DNA of 64,000 nt, from the NCBI GenBank assembly GCA_051313645.2, contig JBNRSN020000354.1:1-64000 (forward strand). Direction: 5' to 3'. The position numbers and the translations under genes were made by a program. The notes beneath the pieces are model-generated. The model was given only the letters and a program-made list of their open reading frames with translations, had not been told where the DNA came from and made no database searches. Shown piece after piece: positions 37,256 to 49,245 of the stretch (within the stretch, counting starts at the first letter, position 1; each line of letters starts with the position of its first letter). The stretch is from Centroscyllium fabricii. Lineage: Eukaryota.

Positions 37256-38594
37256 CTGGATTGAAGAGAAAAATTACATTATATTTACGCATCATCAGGT
37301 AGCGATGCACTTTGCCTCCTTGCGTGTCACTTCCACTTTCAAAGCTGGAACCGTATAACAAAATCACAGCTCTCATTTGGGTCAAACTCCCGTCTCCCCA
37401 CCCAGTGCAGTACGTGTGTTGAAAACAGAACGTTGCGTTAGTTATGTAGCACCACACAGGGTCAGTTGGTGGTCTGGGCTAATCCTCTACAAGTTCCTGA
37501 TCACAGCAGGTCCATGCTGGGAAGGTGCTGAGCTAAGCTGAGGCAAGAGGAGGAGAGAAAGAAAGAGGGCAAGTCACCCTGGAGATTTTCATGTCCCCAG
37601 CCCTGGTCCATTGGAAGGAGGTCACCACCTGATTCTGGGAATGGTGCACAAGATCAGAAAGCTCAAGGAGAGGCAGGATTAACGGAAAACACATATCAAA
37701 AGAAAAATTAATAAAATAGGGAAAAGGATAAACTTAAACTTCCAAGATTCCCCAAATGCGGAGTTGCTACATTCAGAAGTCAAGAACTGTAAAATTTAAT
37801 TCCCATTAATCCTTCAATGGATTTCTGCAGAATTTGTGTTTCTCCCAGGCCACGTACGGACGGTGCCACAGAGAGCAAGTAGCTGCCTTGCTCCAAGGTC
37901 TCGCCGACTGGTCGTTTGTCTGGCAGACGGTTGGAGGTGTACGCCAGTGACCGAGTGGTGACATCGTGATGACCCCTTGTGGGGAGGGATTTGACTTCAG
38001 GCTGTGGCAGCAGGACTGAGATCAGGAGCTCAGTGGAGAGTGAAGGAGATTTGAAGCTGCATTCATCGACTCTGTGGTGCCATTAGCTCCAGACCACCAT
38101 CGGCAGACTCAGTATAAAAACGCAGCCGCACGCCAGTAAATCACTAAATAAATTCCAGTGTTCGAACTTTGCAAAAAGTTAGGTATGCAAGGTAAAGTGG
38201 TTAAAAACCAAGGAAAATACCTTCTCCTGGGCAGGGATGAAGTGCTTAATTGTATAATAAATCTGACTAGAGTCAGAACTCAATGTTAATAAATGACAAG
38301 ACTACGCGTAAGTAAATTAAAGATCGAGTCTCACCATCAGGAACCCTTTTAAAAGTTGCACAACTGAAAACCAAGTTGACACTTTTATTCTGTTCAATTT
38401 GAATTCTTGTGTTTGAATTTGCAAGCGCCGATGACATCGGGGAACTTTGCAGGAGCTACCAAGTCTAACTTTGAGGGACTTGGGGCTGTTCTTCAGCAAA
38501 GGGGGTCCTTGCAAAATGACATTAATTCAGCTCCCTTTACCGGGGTTTGGTCTCAAACAAAAAAAATGGAATGAACGACACAGAACGTCAAAAC

Positions 38595-39092
38595 AATAGG
38601 AAGGATGTGATTGCTTTGGAGAGGGTGCAGAGGAGATTCACCAGGATGTTACCTGGGCTGGAGCACTTCAGCTGTGAAGAAAGACTGGACAGGCTGGGGT
38701 TGTTTTCCTTGGAGCAGAGAAGGCTGAGGGGGGAACCTGATTGAGGTGTACAAAATTATGAGGGGCATAGATGGGGTAGATAGAAAGGAACTTTTCCCCT
38801 TAGTAGAGGGGTCAATAACCAGGGGGCATAGTTTCAAGGTAAGGGGCAGGAGGTTTAGAGGGGATTTGAGGAAGAGCTTTTTCACCCAGAGGGTGGTTGG
38901 AATCTGGAACTCACTGCCTGAAAGGCAGGAACCCTCAACATTCAAGAAGCATTTGGATGAGCACTTGAAATGCCACAGCATACAAGGCTACGGACCAAGT
39001 GCTGGAAAATGTGATTAGAGTAGACAGGGCTCGATGGCCGGCGCGGACACGATGGGCCAAAGGGCCTCTTTCTGTGCTGTATAACTCTATGA
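38595..39092 (+). mobile_element. CR1 LINE 3' fragment (same subfamily as 23048-23764)
   Basis: [21 protein letters not shown]..; tail CTGTGCTGTATAACTCTATGAC. Confidence 0.92.
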
Positions 39093-40337
39093 CTCGAAAT
39101 GAGATCAGACTTCTTAGTAAATGCTGCAATTTTAAAAAAGTAATACCGATGGCGAGATTGCCTCTGAAATTAGCTCGTGGTTTTCTGGTGATGTTACTGG
39201 GCATTATAAGGAAGGGGCACTCTTCCACTAGATATGCTTGGATGTTAAGGGCAGGTCAACTCTGGGCCACTTTTAAACCCTTTTAAATAGTTCATAAAAG
39301 TTACGTACTGGTGTGATGGGAGGCCCTGAAGTTCTGCTGCCAGACTTGGCAAAGTTAAACTCTCCATTACAGAAGTCATTACTATAATTACTACAGATTA
39401 TTGACCTACTTTCTCCCCAAATGTAGCAGCTTTGGAAGCTGCCTGTGTTCCGTAGGATTTTAGTCTCCAACAGTTACTCTCATTTTACTTTTTTTCCCCC
39501 CCTCAAGAACAATGGTCCCAAGCTGATGCTGCCCGTCTCCTAGCAACCACGCCACAGCAGCAGAGGCCCCAAGAGCACGATGCACTTTCCCCTTTCGGAC
39601 ACGGGGCTGCGAGGTCTAGGGTGACCCCGAGGGGGAGAACACCCAGCAATTGCCAGCCGAGAGCCTGAGTGGATGCTTTACTCCCGAGCCTGTGCCAGCG
39701 CGGCTTTACGACAAGTTGCCAGAAGCGCCAGTGACCCAGGGCAACATGCCCTCGGAATATTTACCTTGCCCCGTAGAAAGCTCTGTCCCCAGTGGCTCGG
39801 CTATGATTACTGGGAATCCGGTTATTTGAAATAAGCAAAACCAGCCAAAAACCCAGGAATCCTTTACAGAATAGGGAGACAACGCCAGTTTTCAAAAGAT
39901 GAAGTTGAATCAGACCACTTAAAAAAAAATACATGTAAGTTAGTCACTTAAAGTGCAAACTGACTTCTGAGCATATCATTGAAGTTTGTATGGCAGAAGT
40001 CTGCAATGTGTCAGCTTCGGTTTGCTTTTCGGCAGGATACGAAACAGAAAGGTCACAAACCGTTTGCAACTCAAAATCCTCATTAATTCAGGTCACTGCT
40101 GGCTCCTGAAAGGACAAACACTAACCACAGCAAATCATTAAACAGTACACAGACTCCCCACCCATTATTTGGTACTTTTCCACCATTGTCATAACTCCCA
40201 AATAACCCAGGAGGTGGCACTATCAAACTGGGCAACAGGACAGTGGCAAAGCTGCAAAGAAATCGCACCTCAGAGTCAGCATTTCAGAAGTTGCTTTGAA
40301 TAAAACTAGGTACAACAAAAGGTCCCGCTTGTGGGAA

Positions 40338-40436
40338 ATAACAACAGGAAATGCTGGAGAAACTCAGCCGGCCAGGGCAGCATCAGTGGAGAGAGAAACA
40401 GAGTTAACGTTTCAGGTCGAAGACCTTTCGTCAGAC
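40338..40436 (-). mobile_element. Solo Penelope terminus with hammerhead-like core
   Basis: Minus strand reads CTGACGAAAGGTCTTCGACCTGAAACGTTAACTC; stem I is poorly paired. Confidence 0.75.
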
Positions 40437-40490
40437 CGGTTACCACAAAGCAAAAATATTCAACGTTTCTTTTAAATGTAAAAACATATC

Positions 40491-41283
40491 GGTGGGGATT
40501 TTCCTGAAGGTGCGGCGATTTGGCGGGTTTTGGTTGGGTCGGGTTTCTGGCCCGCCCGCGGGCCTGGGAACCCCACGCAAATTTGGCTTAAGTGGCCAAT
40601 TAACTCCCCGCGTGCGGGGAGCCACTTCCAATTGCCTAAATCGGGTCGGAAAGCAACGGGCTGCAGCTGGGAGCCGGAGCTTTGATGGACAGTTCTAGGG
40701 ACTGTCTGTTGTCAGTTTCCATGGAAACAGTCCACTGTGACATCACAGTAGAGTGCAACCAATCGCAAAGCCCAAGTGTGTTGAGTGACAGGTGTAAGGA
40801 TGCACTGCCAATCTTTCAGAGTTCGGGACCAAGCATTTCATCATCTGTCAAGGTGAGTCTTTTCAGTGTTTTCGCCACAGATGGTCATCAGAAAAGGGAG
40901 TCACTTACACCTCCAGGGTGTTGAAGGCCTGGAAAGCATTCTGCTCTAGGTCCTTCAATGCCTTGAAGGTGAAAGTGACCTAGCCGACTGTGATCCTGCT
41001 AGCTTTTACTGGCGGGGTTTCAGGATGGCAGGGAATGGGTGGGAAGGCCTTTAAAATCACAAGGGGCCCTTAAAATGGGATTACCCATGGCAATTAAGGG
41101 CCCCTAATTACCTCAACGATCAACCCCGCCGGTGACGGGCGGGAAAGAATCGGGACGGGAAAACAGGCCCGCGGAAAAGTGCAAATCGGCGGGGATCCGA
41201 CCCCCCCCCCCCCCCCCGGGTTTTGCGATTTTAGGGCCCGCCCCGCCGGAAACCCGCCCTCACAGACCCGTGAAAATTCCCCC
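40491..41283. mobile_element. Non-autonomous TIR element (PIF/Harbinger-like)
   Basis: Ends GGGGATTTTC / GAAAATTCCCCC. Homologous in inverted orientation to 52915-53682. Superfamily assignment is inferred. Confidence 0.6.
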
Positions 41284-42553
41284 ATAGTCTGTGCGTAACA
41301 ATCAAGAAAATGCGGTAATTTTAAATATCCAATCATACGCCAATATACCACAGCCAAAAGGCTCGTCGCGCACATCATCTAGTTTTGGATGAGCATATTT
41401 TTGAGATGCAGGCACAAAACCATTGATTTAAAAAAAGATAAAAGTGATGCATAAAACATAGGTCAAGAGAGTGGCTTACCAGCCCTGTTAGACAACAGCT
41501 GGGATACGATCTGCCTTTGGGAAGCATGTTCCTTTTGAAGAGCTAAGGAGGTTCTATTCATTAATACAGTACAATTCATGGTTTGTTCTTTAAAATTTCA
41601 GAAATGCAGGTCAACATTTAGTACAGGAAGGGTAAAGGTCAAAAAGGTGAAGCACAGGAAGGGGGCATGAATTATTCGGACGCGGGTTCGATCGCCAGGC
41701 TGCTGGTCTCTGGCAAGTCAGCATGGGGAGGAGTCAAGCAGCAGCCAGGCTCGGCCCAATGGTGGGTGGAGAGCTGGGGCTGCCATCCCCACCCGTACTC
41801 AGAGCCTGGCTCAAACAGCCCGGGTAACGGGGGGGGGGGGGGGGGGGGGAGGGGAGGAAACTCGAACATAGGGGGATGGCATCCCCACAAAAAAAGGGAA
41901 GCTACTGCAAAGGTACCTTTCTCTCTATCCCCTCCCAATCTGTAAATAATTGTAGTGGCGTATTAGTTCTTGCAATCCAGATTAAATAAAATTATCTTTT
42001 TTTTAAAAAGCAGCCTAGTTACATTTGTTAGCAATGTTAACAGATACGGGAGTAAATATATTTACACATGAATGAACTCATTCAGATAACCAAAAAAGTA
42101 GTCACTCAAATTAAACATATCACATTTAGAAACCTCAGGGTTTTCACTTTCCCACGTCCCCAAATACATAGAACTTTGGGGGTGGGGAGATTTTCTTTAG
42201 TCAAGTTGAAGGTTAAAACAGCTTCTTTTCTGGAATGACAGCAGATTAAACCAGTTGGCCAGTGCTTTCACTAGCTCAAGGCCCATACGTTCAAATCACA
42301 CCGGATGGTGGCTGCGCAATACAGACAGATCACCTGGTGCGTTTAAACACCTAAAGAGAACCAATAACTGAAAGAGCGAGGTGAACAAGAAATGGTTCAC
42401 ATGTCCCAACAGAACAGGCACCTTTTCTATTGTAAATAAATCACCAGAAAAGCGCTCTTCTCTTCCGCAACTCTCCAATCACTTGTACATGTGCTGCCCA
42501 ACAGTGCTCGGAGCATGGGGGCAGGAGGAAGGGAGGTGATGAATTGTTTACAC

Positions 42554-45500
42554 TGTAGTGCTTACACGACCCAAGGATCAAGCAGGAGCCGAAGAGGGAC
42601 AATCAACACTTCTTTATTCAACCAAGCTTAAACAGAAAGAGTGTGAGCCACGAGGAGCAGGCTCTTTTAAAGCCCCTGCTCAGCAACCTCTGACCTCTGA
42701 CGTCATCGCGTCACCCGGTGGGCGGGGCTATGCCCCGCAGTATTCCCGAGGCGGATTCGCCAGCCAGCGATCCGCCACACAGCTCCCCCCAGAATCCGTC
42801 CGAGGGAAAAAGTCTACAAGAGGCGTCGTGGTGGCCGTATGGTGCGGCCGGCACGGGTCTTGCGTTGCTCCTGGTGCTGCGGTGAGTGTGGGTGGGTGGT
42901 GGTGCGGGAGGGCGTCCGCGTTGAGGTGGTTGGGCCGGGACCGCCATGTCGCCCGCTATCATGTGAGCCGGTTTCAGCCGGTCGATTGACACAGTTTCAG
43001 TTCGGGTGCCCAGCTGCAAATCAAAAGTTTTAGGTCCCGCCCGAAGCACTCTATAAGGGCCGTCGTAGGGTGGCCGTAGAGGTGTGCAATGAGCGTCGTG
43101 GTGGACGAAAACGAACTTGGCTTGCTGGATGGAGTCCGGCACATGTGCCACCGGCTCCCCGTGCCGGGTCACCGGTAAGGGGGCGAAAGTTCGTGCCGGG
43201 TTGGCGAAGTCTTTGAGAAACTGGTCCGCCGACCAGGTGGCGTTCGATTAGGGGAGAAACTCGCCCGGCACTCTCAATGTCTGGCCGTAGACCAGTTCCG
43301 CTGCTGAGGCGTGCAAGTCCTCTTTGGCCGCCGAGCGGAGTCCGAGCAATACCCATGGTAGGCGGTCTGTCCAGGATGCGTCTTCCAGGCTGGCCCGCAG
43401 GGAGGCTTTCATTGAACGGTGAAACCTTTCGCACAGCCCGTTCGCCTGCGGGTGGTACGCGGTCGTTCTGTGCAGGGTCACCCCGAGGTCGCGGGCGATA
43501 GCAGCCCATAGTGCCGACGTGAACTGGGGACCTCTGTCTGACGTGATGTCGGTGGGCACACCGAAACGGGCGACCCAAGTTCCAATGAACGCCCTGGCTA
43601 AGTCCATAGTATTGGTTGCAGCCAGGGGGACTGCTTCTGGCCAGCGAGTGTTGCGATCCACCATCATCATCAGATGGGTGTGGCCCCGGGACGGCGGCAG
43701 TGGTCCGACGAAATCGACGTGGACATGGTCGAAGCGCCTGGCTGGTACGGTAAAGTTTTCTAGAGGGGCCTTGACGTGTTTATGCACTTTGGCCCGCTGA
43801 CAGGCGATGCAGGCGTTGGTCCAGGCGCGGACGTCCCTACGAAGGCCGCGCCACACAAAACGGGCCGAGATGAGCTTGATGGAGGCGCGGGTGCCGGGGT
43901 GGGACAGGCCGTGGAGGGTCTCAAAGATGCGCCGCCTCCATACCTGGGGGACGACGGGCCTGGGCTGCTGCAGTGAGATGTCGCAGCACACTACGGTGGC
44001 CACGGGGCATGCTGGCCAAACGTAAGCCGGGGAGCTTTTCTGCCGGGGCTCGAAGATCTGGGTCCGCAAGTTGGTCTGCTGCCAGTTTGGCGTAATCCAC
44101 CGCCATTTGGGCGGCGTTGATGGTGGGGCGTGACAGGCAGTCGGCTACCACGTTGTCGCGGCCGGAGATATGCTGTATGTCGGTCGTAAATTCCGACACG
44201 GCCGCGAGCTGGCGCTGCTGCCTGGCCGACCAGGGTTCGGTGATCTTAGCCATCGCAAAAGTCAGCGGCTTATGATCCACGAAGGCTGTGAAATGACGGC
44301 CCTCAAGGAGGAAGCGAAAATGGCGCACAGCGAGGTAGAGAGCAAGGAGCTCCCTGTCGAAGGCGCTGTACTTGACCTCCGGGGGCCGTAGGTGCCGGCT
44401 GAAAAAGGCCAGGGGCTGCCAAGAGTTGTCCACCCACTGTTCAAAAACGGCCCCGACGGCCTGGTCGGAGGCGTCAGTGGTGAGGGCCACTCTGGCGTTG
44501 GGCCTGGGGTGGGCTAGGAGGGTGGCATTAGCTAGGGCGGTCTTAGTTTCGGTGAACGCGGTGGCGGCGTCAGCCGTCCACTCGACAGCGGCTTTGCTGG
44601 ACTGCCCGCGTGTGGCCTGGTATAGGGGAGCCATGAGGGCGGCTGCTCCCGGGATGAAGCGGTTATAAAAATTAACCCTCCCGAGGAACTCCTGCAGGCC
44701 CTTGACAGTGTGCGGGCGGGGGAACTCCTGGACCGCCTGCACTTTGGAGGGCAGGGGTATGGCCCCGGCTTTGGAAATGCGGTGGCCCAGGAAGTCTATA
44801 ATGTCCAGGCCGAATTTACACTTTGAGGGGCTTATATAAGGCCGTGTTCTGCCAGGCGCTGGAACAGGGTCCTGAGATGCAGGAGGTGCTCCTGGGGGGA
44901 GGTGCTGGCCACGAGGATGTCGTCTAGATAGACGAAGATGAACTGCAAGTCCCGTAGGACTGAGTCCATTAGGCGCTGGAAGGCCTGGGCCGCGTTTTTG
45001 AGCCCAAAGGGCATTCTCAGGAACTCGAACAGGCCAAAGGGGGTTATCACGGCTGTCTTAGGGACATCCGCCGGGTGCACCGGGACCTGGTGGTAGCCAC
45101 GTACCAGGTCGATCTTGGAAAAGACCGTGCAGCCCGCTAGCCTGGCGGAGAAATCCTGAATGTGGGGTACGGGGTACCTGTCTGGGGTGGTGGCGTTATT
45201 AAGGCGGCGGTAGTCGCCGCAGGGGTGCCAACCTCCGCCCGGCTTGGGGGCAATGTGGAGGGGAGAGGCCCAGGGGCTGCTGGAGCGGCGGATTATGCCG
45301 AGTTGCTCCATTGTGTCAAACTCAGCGCGCGCAATCTCCAGCTTGGCCGGGTCCAGCCTGCGGGCGTGGGCGTGTACGGGAGGGCCGGTGGTGGGAATAA
45401 AATGTTCCACCCCGTGTTTGGCCGGTGAAGGTGGGGTTGGTCAGTGTCGGGAACTCGGAAAGGAGCGCACTGTACGCGTCGGAGTTCCGGGCACGGCATC

Positions 45501-46973
45501 GTGCCGCTGCGTGGGCTAGTAGTGCCGGCCCCACGGAGCATGGGATGGGTGACATGTTTTTGATGTCGACCAGACGGCGCCGGGTCATGTCGACCAGGAG
45601 GCCGTGTGCGCACAGGAAATCTGCCCCAAGGAGGGGTGAAGTGACCTTGGCTGTGACGAACTCCCATTCATACGTATGGCCGGCAAGCTGGATGGTTAGC
45701 TTGCGGGTCCCGTATGTTTTTATGTCAGAGCCGTTAGCCGCTGCGAGGGGCGGGCCCTGGGTACCTTGTTGGGCTTCTGCGGGGGAGGCTGGCATGATGC
45801 TGTGTTGTGCGCCCGTGTCGCAGACAAACCGGAGACCCGTGCCTCTGTCTGTAACATAGAGCAGGGCTCCGGCGTGGCCTACGGACATGGTGGGGGCTAG
45901 GCTGGGGCTTGAACGTGCAGGGCAGGACGCAGCGGTGCGCTTTGGCGCCGAACCGCGCATTTTAGTAACACCAACCGGTGCTCACGGCCCGCGGTTGTCT
46001 GGGAGGGTGCGGGGTCTTGGTTGAGGCATCGGGGCGGACATGGGGGGCGTGTTGGCTGGCTCGACTGCCGCGGCGGTCAAGTCACACGTGGCGGAGCGGG
46101 TGCGCTTGGCTGCCATGAGCCTGTCGGCTTCCTCGGCTAGCTCGTCCCCGCTCAGGTTCCTGAGAGCCGCCAGGGCCGGTCTGATGGAGGGGGGCAGCTT
46201 AAGGAGGAAAATGGTGCGGAACAGAGAGGCGGGGTCGGTGGTCAGCGCCTGCATCTGGCCCCAAAGGTCAGATGGGTCTGCGTCCCCGAGTTCGGGGAGG
46301 TTGAGAAGTTGGCAGTCGCGCTCGAACTGGGTCGGGGTGAATTTTTTGAGTAGCGCAGCCTTAATAAAGTCGTACCTGCCTGTTGCAGGCGCGCTCTGTA
46401 ACTTTGACCACATCCGGTCGATCGTCGACTGCGGTAGAGCCGTGAAGACTAGGTCATAGCGGTCGTCCCCCTAGATGCCATGGGTGCGGCAGCTGGTCTC
46501 GATGCACATGAACCACGCTGCCGGGCGTTGCTCCCAGAACTCTGGTAAAGTCAGTCGGTGCCCGGGGTTCTGGCCACATCCTTGCTGACGGGAAGGCTGG
46601 TTTCTGTTAGTTGTGGACATCGTTGCAGGTTGCGTGTTCAAAATGTCCCGAGGCTGTACAGACTGCTTGGCTTAAACCCTGTTAAGCTGCTATTTTCTTC
46701 TCGGAAGATGTTCCAAGACGGGGTCACCACTGTAGTGCTTACAGGCCCCAAGGATCAAGCAGGAGCCGAAGAGGGACAATCAACACTTCTTTATTCAACC
46801 AAGCTTAAACAGAGAGTGAGCCACGAGGAGCAGGCTCTTTTAAAACCCCTGCTCAGCAACCTCTGACCTCTGACGTCATCACGCTGAGACGTGATGACGT
46901 CATCGCGTCACCCGGTGGGCGGGGCTATGGCCCGCAGTATTCCCGAGGCGGATTCGCCAGTCAGCGATCCACA
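42554..46973 (-). mobile_element. Full-length Ty3/Gypsy LTR retrotransposon, CsRn1/Kabuki-like lineage, decayed
   Basis: LTRs at 42554-42779 and 46731-46973 (TG...CA). TSD ACAC at 42550-42553 and 46974-46977. PBS TGGTGACCCCG (tRNA-Trp) at 46719-46729. PPT GGGGGGAG next to the 3' LTR. Domain order gag-PR-RT-RH-IN. Confidence 0.95.
42800..46620 (-). pseudogene. Gypsy gag-pol with several frameshifts and stops
   Basis: Gag with degenerate CHCC knuckle (WCY*NARFGAKAHRCVLPC); protease CDTGA; RT PFGLKNA and YLDD; RNase H TDAS..ELLALY..DHKPL..NVVADCLSR; integrase HGLSHPG..CIAC, VDFV..SDRG..NGLCERFH; GPY motif PPYDGPY. Confidence 0.92.
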
Positions 46974-47485
46974 ACACAACGTTTTATTTAGGGATTGATT
47001 GATCGCTTGCCTCTGGCATGTATCTTTATATCTAGGGGCTCCAGATTGACACACATTCTTAACCTAACAACAGGAGTAGAACATTTGACTGCTACTTTGT
47101 TAGCCAAATTAGTATTGTTTGCTTGTAATCTGAATTCTGTGCCTTTTCGCCTCCCCACCCACCTCACTCCAATAGCCTTTCTTCCAGAGTAAACATCACA
47201 ATTGATTCTGCATCTGTGGCCTTCTGGAACAATGCACTCCACATTCTCAAGTTTTTCCTGAATTCACTTTTGCTCAAATTCGAAGATTCTGTCCCTTTGT
47301 TCTCGATTCTAGAGGGCAGAGTCATTGCTCAGTTTACCCGGTCAACTCCCAATGTTATTTTAAATGCTTCAATCAGATCACCTCTTAACCGTCTTCATCG
47401 CCAGGAACGGAGGCCAAGTTTACCCACTCATCATATCTCCGTGCCTTCTGCCTCACTGGCGATCAGCTAACAGTATAAACCAGGA

Positions 47486-48680
47486 TTTCAGCATTCCGTA
47501 GGGACCACTCCCTCCGAGACACCCTAGTCCACTCCTCCATCACCCCTTCCCCATGCACCTTTCCATGCAAGCGCAGGAGATGCAACACCTGCCCTTACAC
47601 CTCCCCCCATCCCACCGCCCAGGGCCCCAAACATCCCTTCCAGGTGAAACAGCGATTTACTTGTACTTCTTGCAATTTAGTATACTGTATTCGCTGCTCA
47701 CGATGCGGTCTCCTCTACATTGGGGAGACCAAAGGCAGATTGGGCGACCGCTTTGCGGAACACCTCCGTTCAATTGAAAGCACCTACCTGAAACGCTGCC
47801 TACGGAGGTCTCAGAACATTATTAAAGACCCCACACACCCCAGCCATAGTCTGTTCGCCCCCCTGCCCGCCGGCAGATGCTACAGATCAATTTGCACCCG
47901 CACGACCAGATTCAAGAACAGCTTCTTCCCCAGGGCTGTCAGTCTCCTGAACTCTAACAAAAACTCCATCCTCTGCACACCTGAAATGTACTTTATTGTA
48001 TGCAACCCATGTAACTTATTTGCACTACTCTCAGGAACGGCGAGTCTACGTTTCGTTGTATTGTACTGGTACACTGCAATGACAATAAAATTGAATTGAA
48101 TTGAATTCAGTCTGTAAGGGGGACCCTGAGCTCCCGGTGGCCTGTCACTTTAATTCTCCGCTTCACTCCCACTCTGATCTCTCTGTCCTTGGCCTATCAC
48201 ATTGTTCCTCGGAAGCTCAGCGTAAACTCGAGGAACAACACCTCATCTTCCGATTAGGCACTTTACAGCCCTCCGGACTCAATATCGAGTTCAGCAATTT
48301 CAGATCATATCTTCGGCCCCCATTATAGTTTTACCTATTTTTATCCACACCTTTTATTTGGCCATTTTCTCTCTCTCTTGGCAGCCACCTCCCATTCTGC
48401 CAGTGCTTTTCACACCTAATCTATAGCTGTCTCCTGTCCACAGCCCCATCACCATCTCGTCTCATTTTGAAAACCTCTTAATGTCTTTTCTCTTTGTTCT
48501 CTCTTTTCTTTTGTTTTCTCTTCCCTTTTGTTCCCTCCCAGCTCCCCCGGCCTTCTCACCCGTTTCATTTCCTTGCTTTAGTCTTGACAAAGGGTCCTAA
48601 CCCGAAACGTGAACTCTATATTTCTCTCCACGGATGTTGCCTGGCCTGCTGAGTTTTTCCAGCATTTTCTGTTGTTATTT
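47486..48680 (+). mobile_element. Penelope-like element 3' fragment (GIY-YIG) with 14-bp TSD, interrupted by a Rex1/Babar piece
   Basis: FTCTSCNLVYCIRCSRCGLLYIGETKGRLGDRFAEHLRS..PVACHFN..LEEQHLIFRLGTLQPSGLNIEF. TSD AGTATAAACCAGGA at 47472-47485 and 48681-48694. Confidence 0.92.
47773..48105 (+). mobile_element. Rex1/Babar-type non-LTR 3' fragment nested in the Penelope element
   Basis: CLRRSQNIIKDPTHPSHSLFAPLPAGRCYRSICTRTTRFKNSFFPRAVSLLN; tail AATAAAA(TTGAA)n; short TTCA duplication at the junctions. Confidence 0.82.
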
Positions 48681-49083
48681 AGTATAAACCAGGAACTGAA
48701 TCTGGAGCCTTCCTGGTGTGTGAGAGACAGGACCACACCAGAGAGAGAGGCAATGGAATTATCAACCAAGACTCAGGAAAGCTCACAAAGAGTTGGTTTT
48801 TTTTAATGGATAAGTACGTCCCAAGTGCTGAGCATCCCTTGCAGTTAAAGCCTTTCTTTCCTGAACTTACAGCATGACAGTATATTAAAGGTATATTGAA
48901 TGCCTTTTATGGCCTTGGGCTGGAATATCTGCATGATTTCATTCTTGGTGGCTGGTTAAGGCAGCAAGTGGTGGGGAGCATAATGTCATTTACTGGCAAT
49001 AATTGCAGCCCCTTCGTGCACAATATGCAGGTAAGTGGTTATCGTGCGATTATTTCAGGCTGCGATGTGTAGGTTATTGACAT

Positions 49084-49145
49084 CATGCAAAGCAAAAGGG
49101 GGTGATGACATTGTAGAGCATACCAAGAAAGATACAGCCCATGCA
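49084..49145 (-). promoter_or_regulatory. Two RBFOX motifs (UGCAUG) downstream of the microexon
   Basis: CATGCA on + at 49084-49089 and 49140-49145, both in the context GCUUUGCAUG on the transcribed strand. Confidence 0.55.
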
Positions 49146-49221
49146 AAGCAGAAAGGGTTGCACATCGCGAAATAATCAGGCAAAGTGTCGGACGACTGAC
49201 TCCAACAGTTGCAACACTTAC

Positions 49222-49245
49222 AAGCAAAAGGTCCCACTTCCCAGA
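49222..49245 (-). CDS. CERS5: Candidate 24-nt alternative microexon of the ceramide synthase (SGKWDLLL)
   Basis: Pyrimidine tract, AG|TCTGGGAAGTGGGACCTTTTGCTT|GTAAGT, phase 0/0 matching the flanking exons. It resembles the 8-aa AGKWNPLH insert recalled from mammalian CERS6. Confidence 0.75.

Noticed and set aside
29160-37680. Faint LF-SINE-like fragments near 29160-29300, 34520-34720 and 37450-37680
   Set aside because: Too diverged to delimit or assign without an alignment.
48580-48616. Hammerhead-like motif in the PLE end (also at about 56710-56747)
   Set aside because: The core reads UUGACAA rather than CUGANGA, so it is probably inactive.
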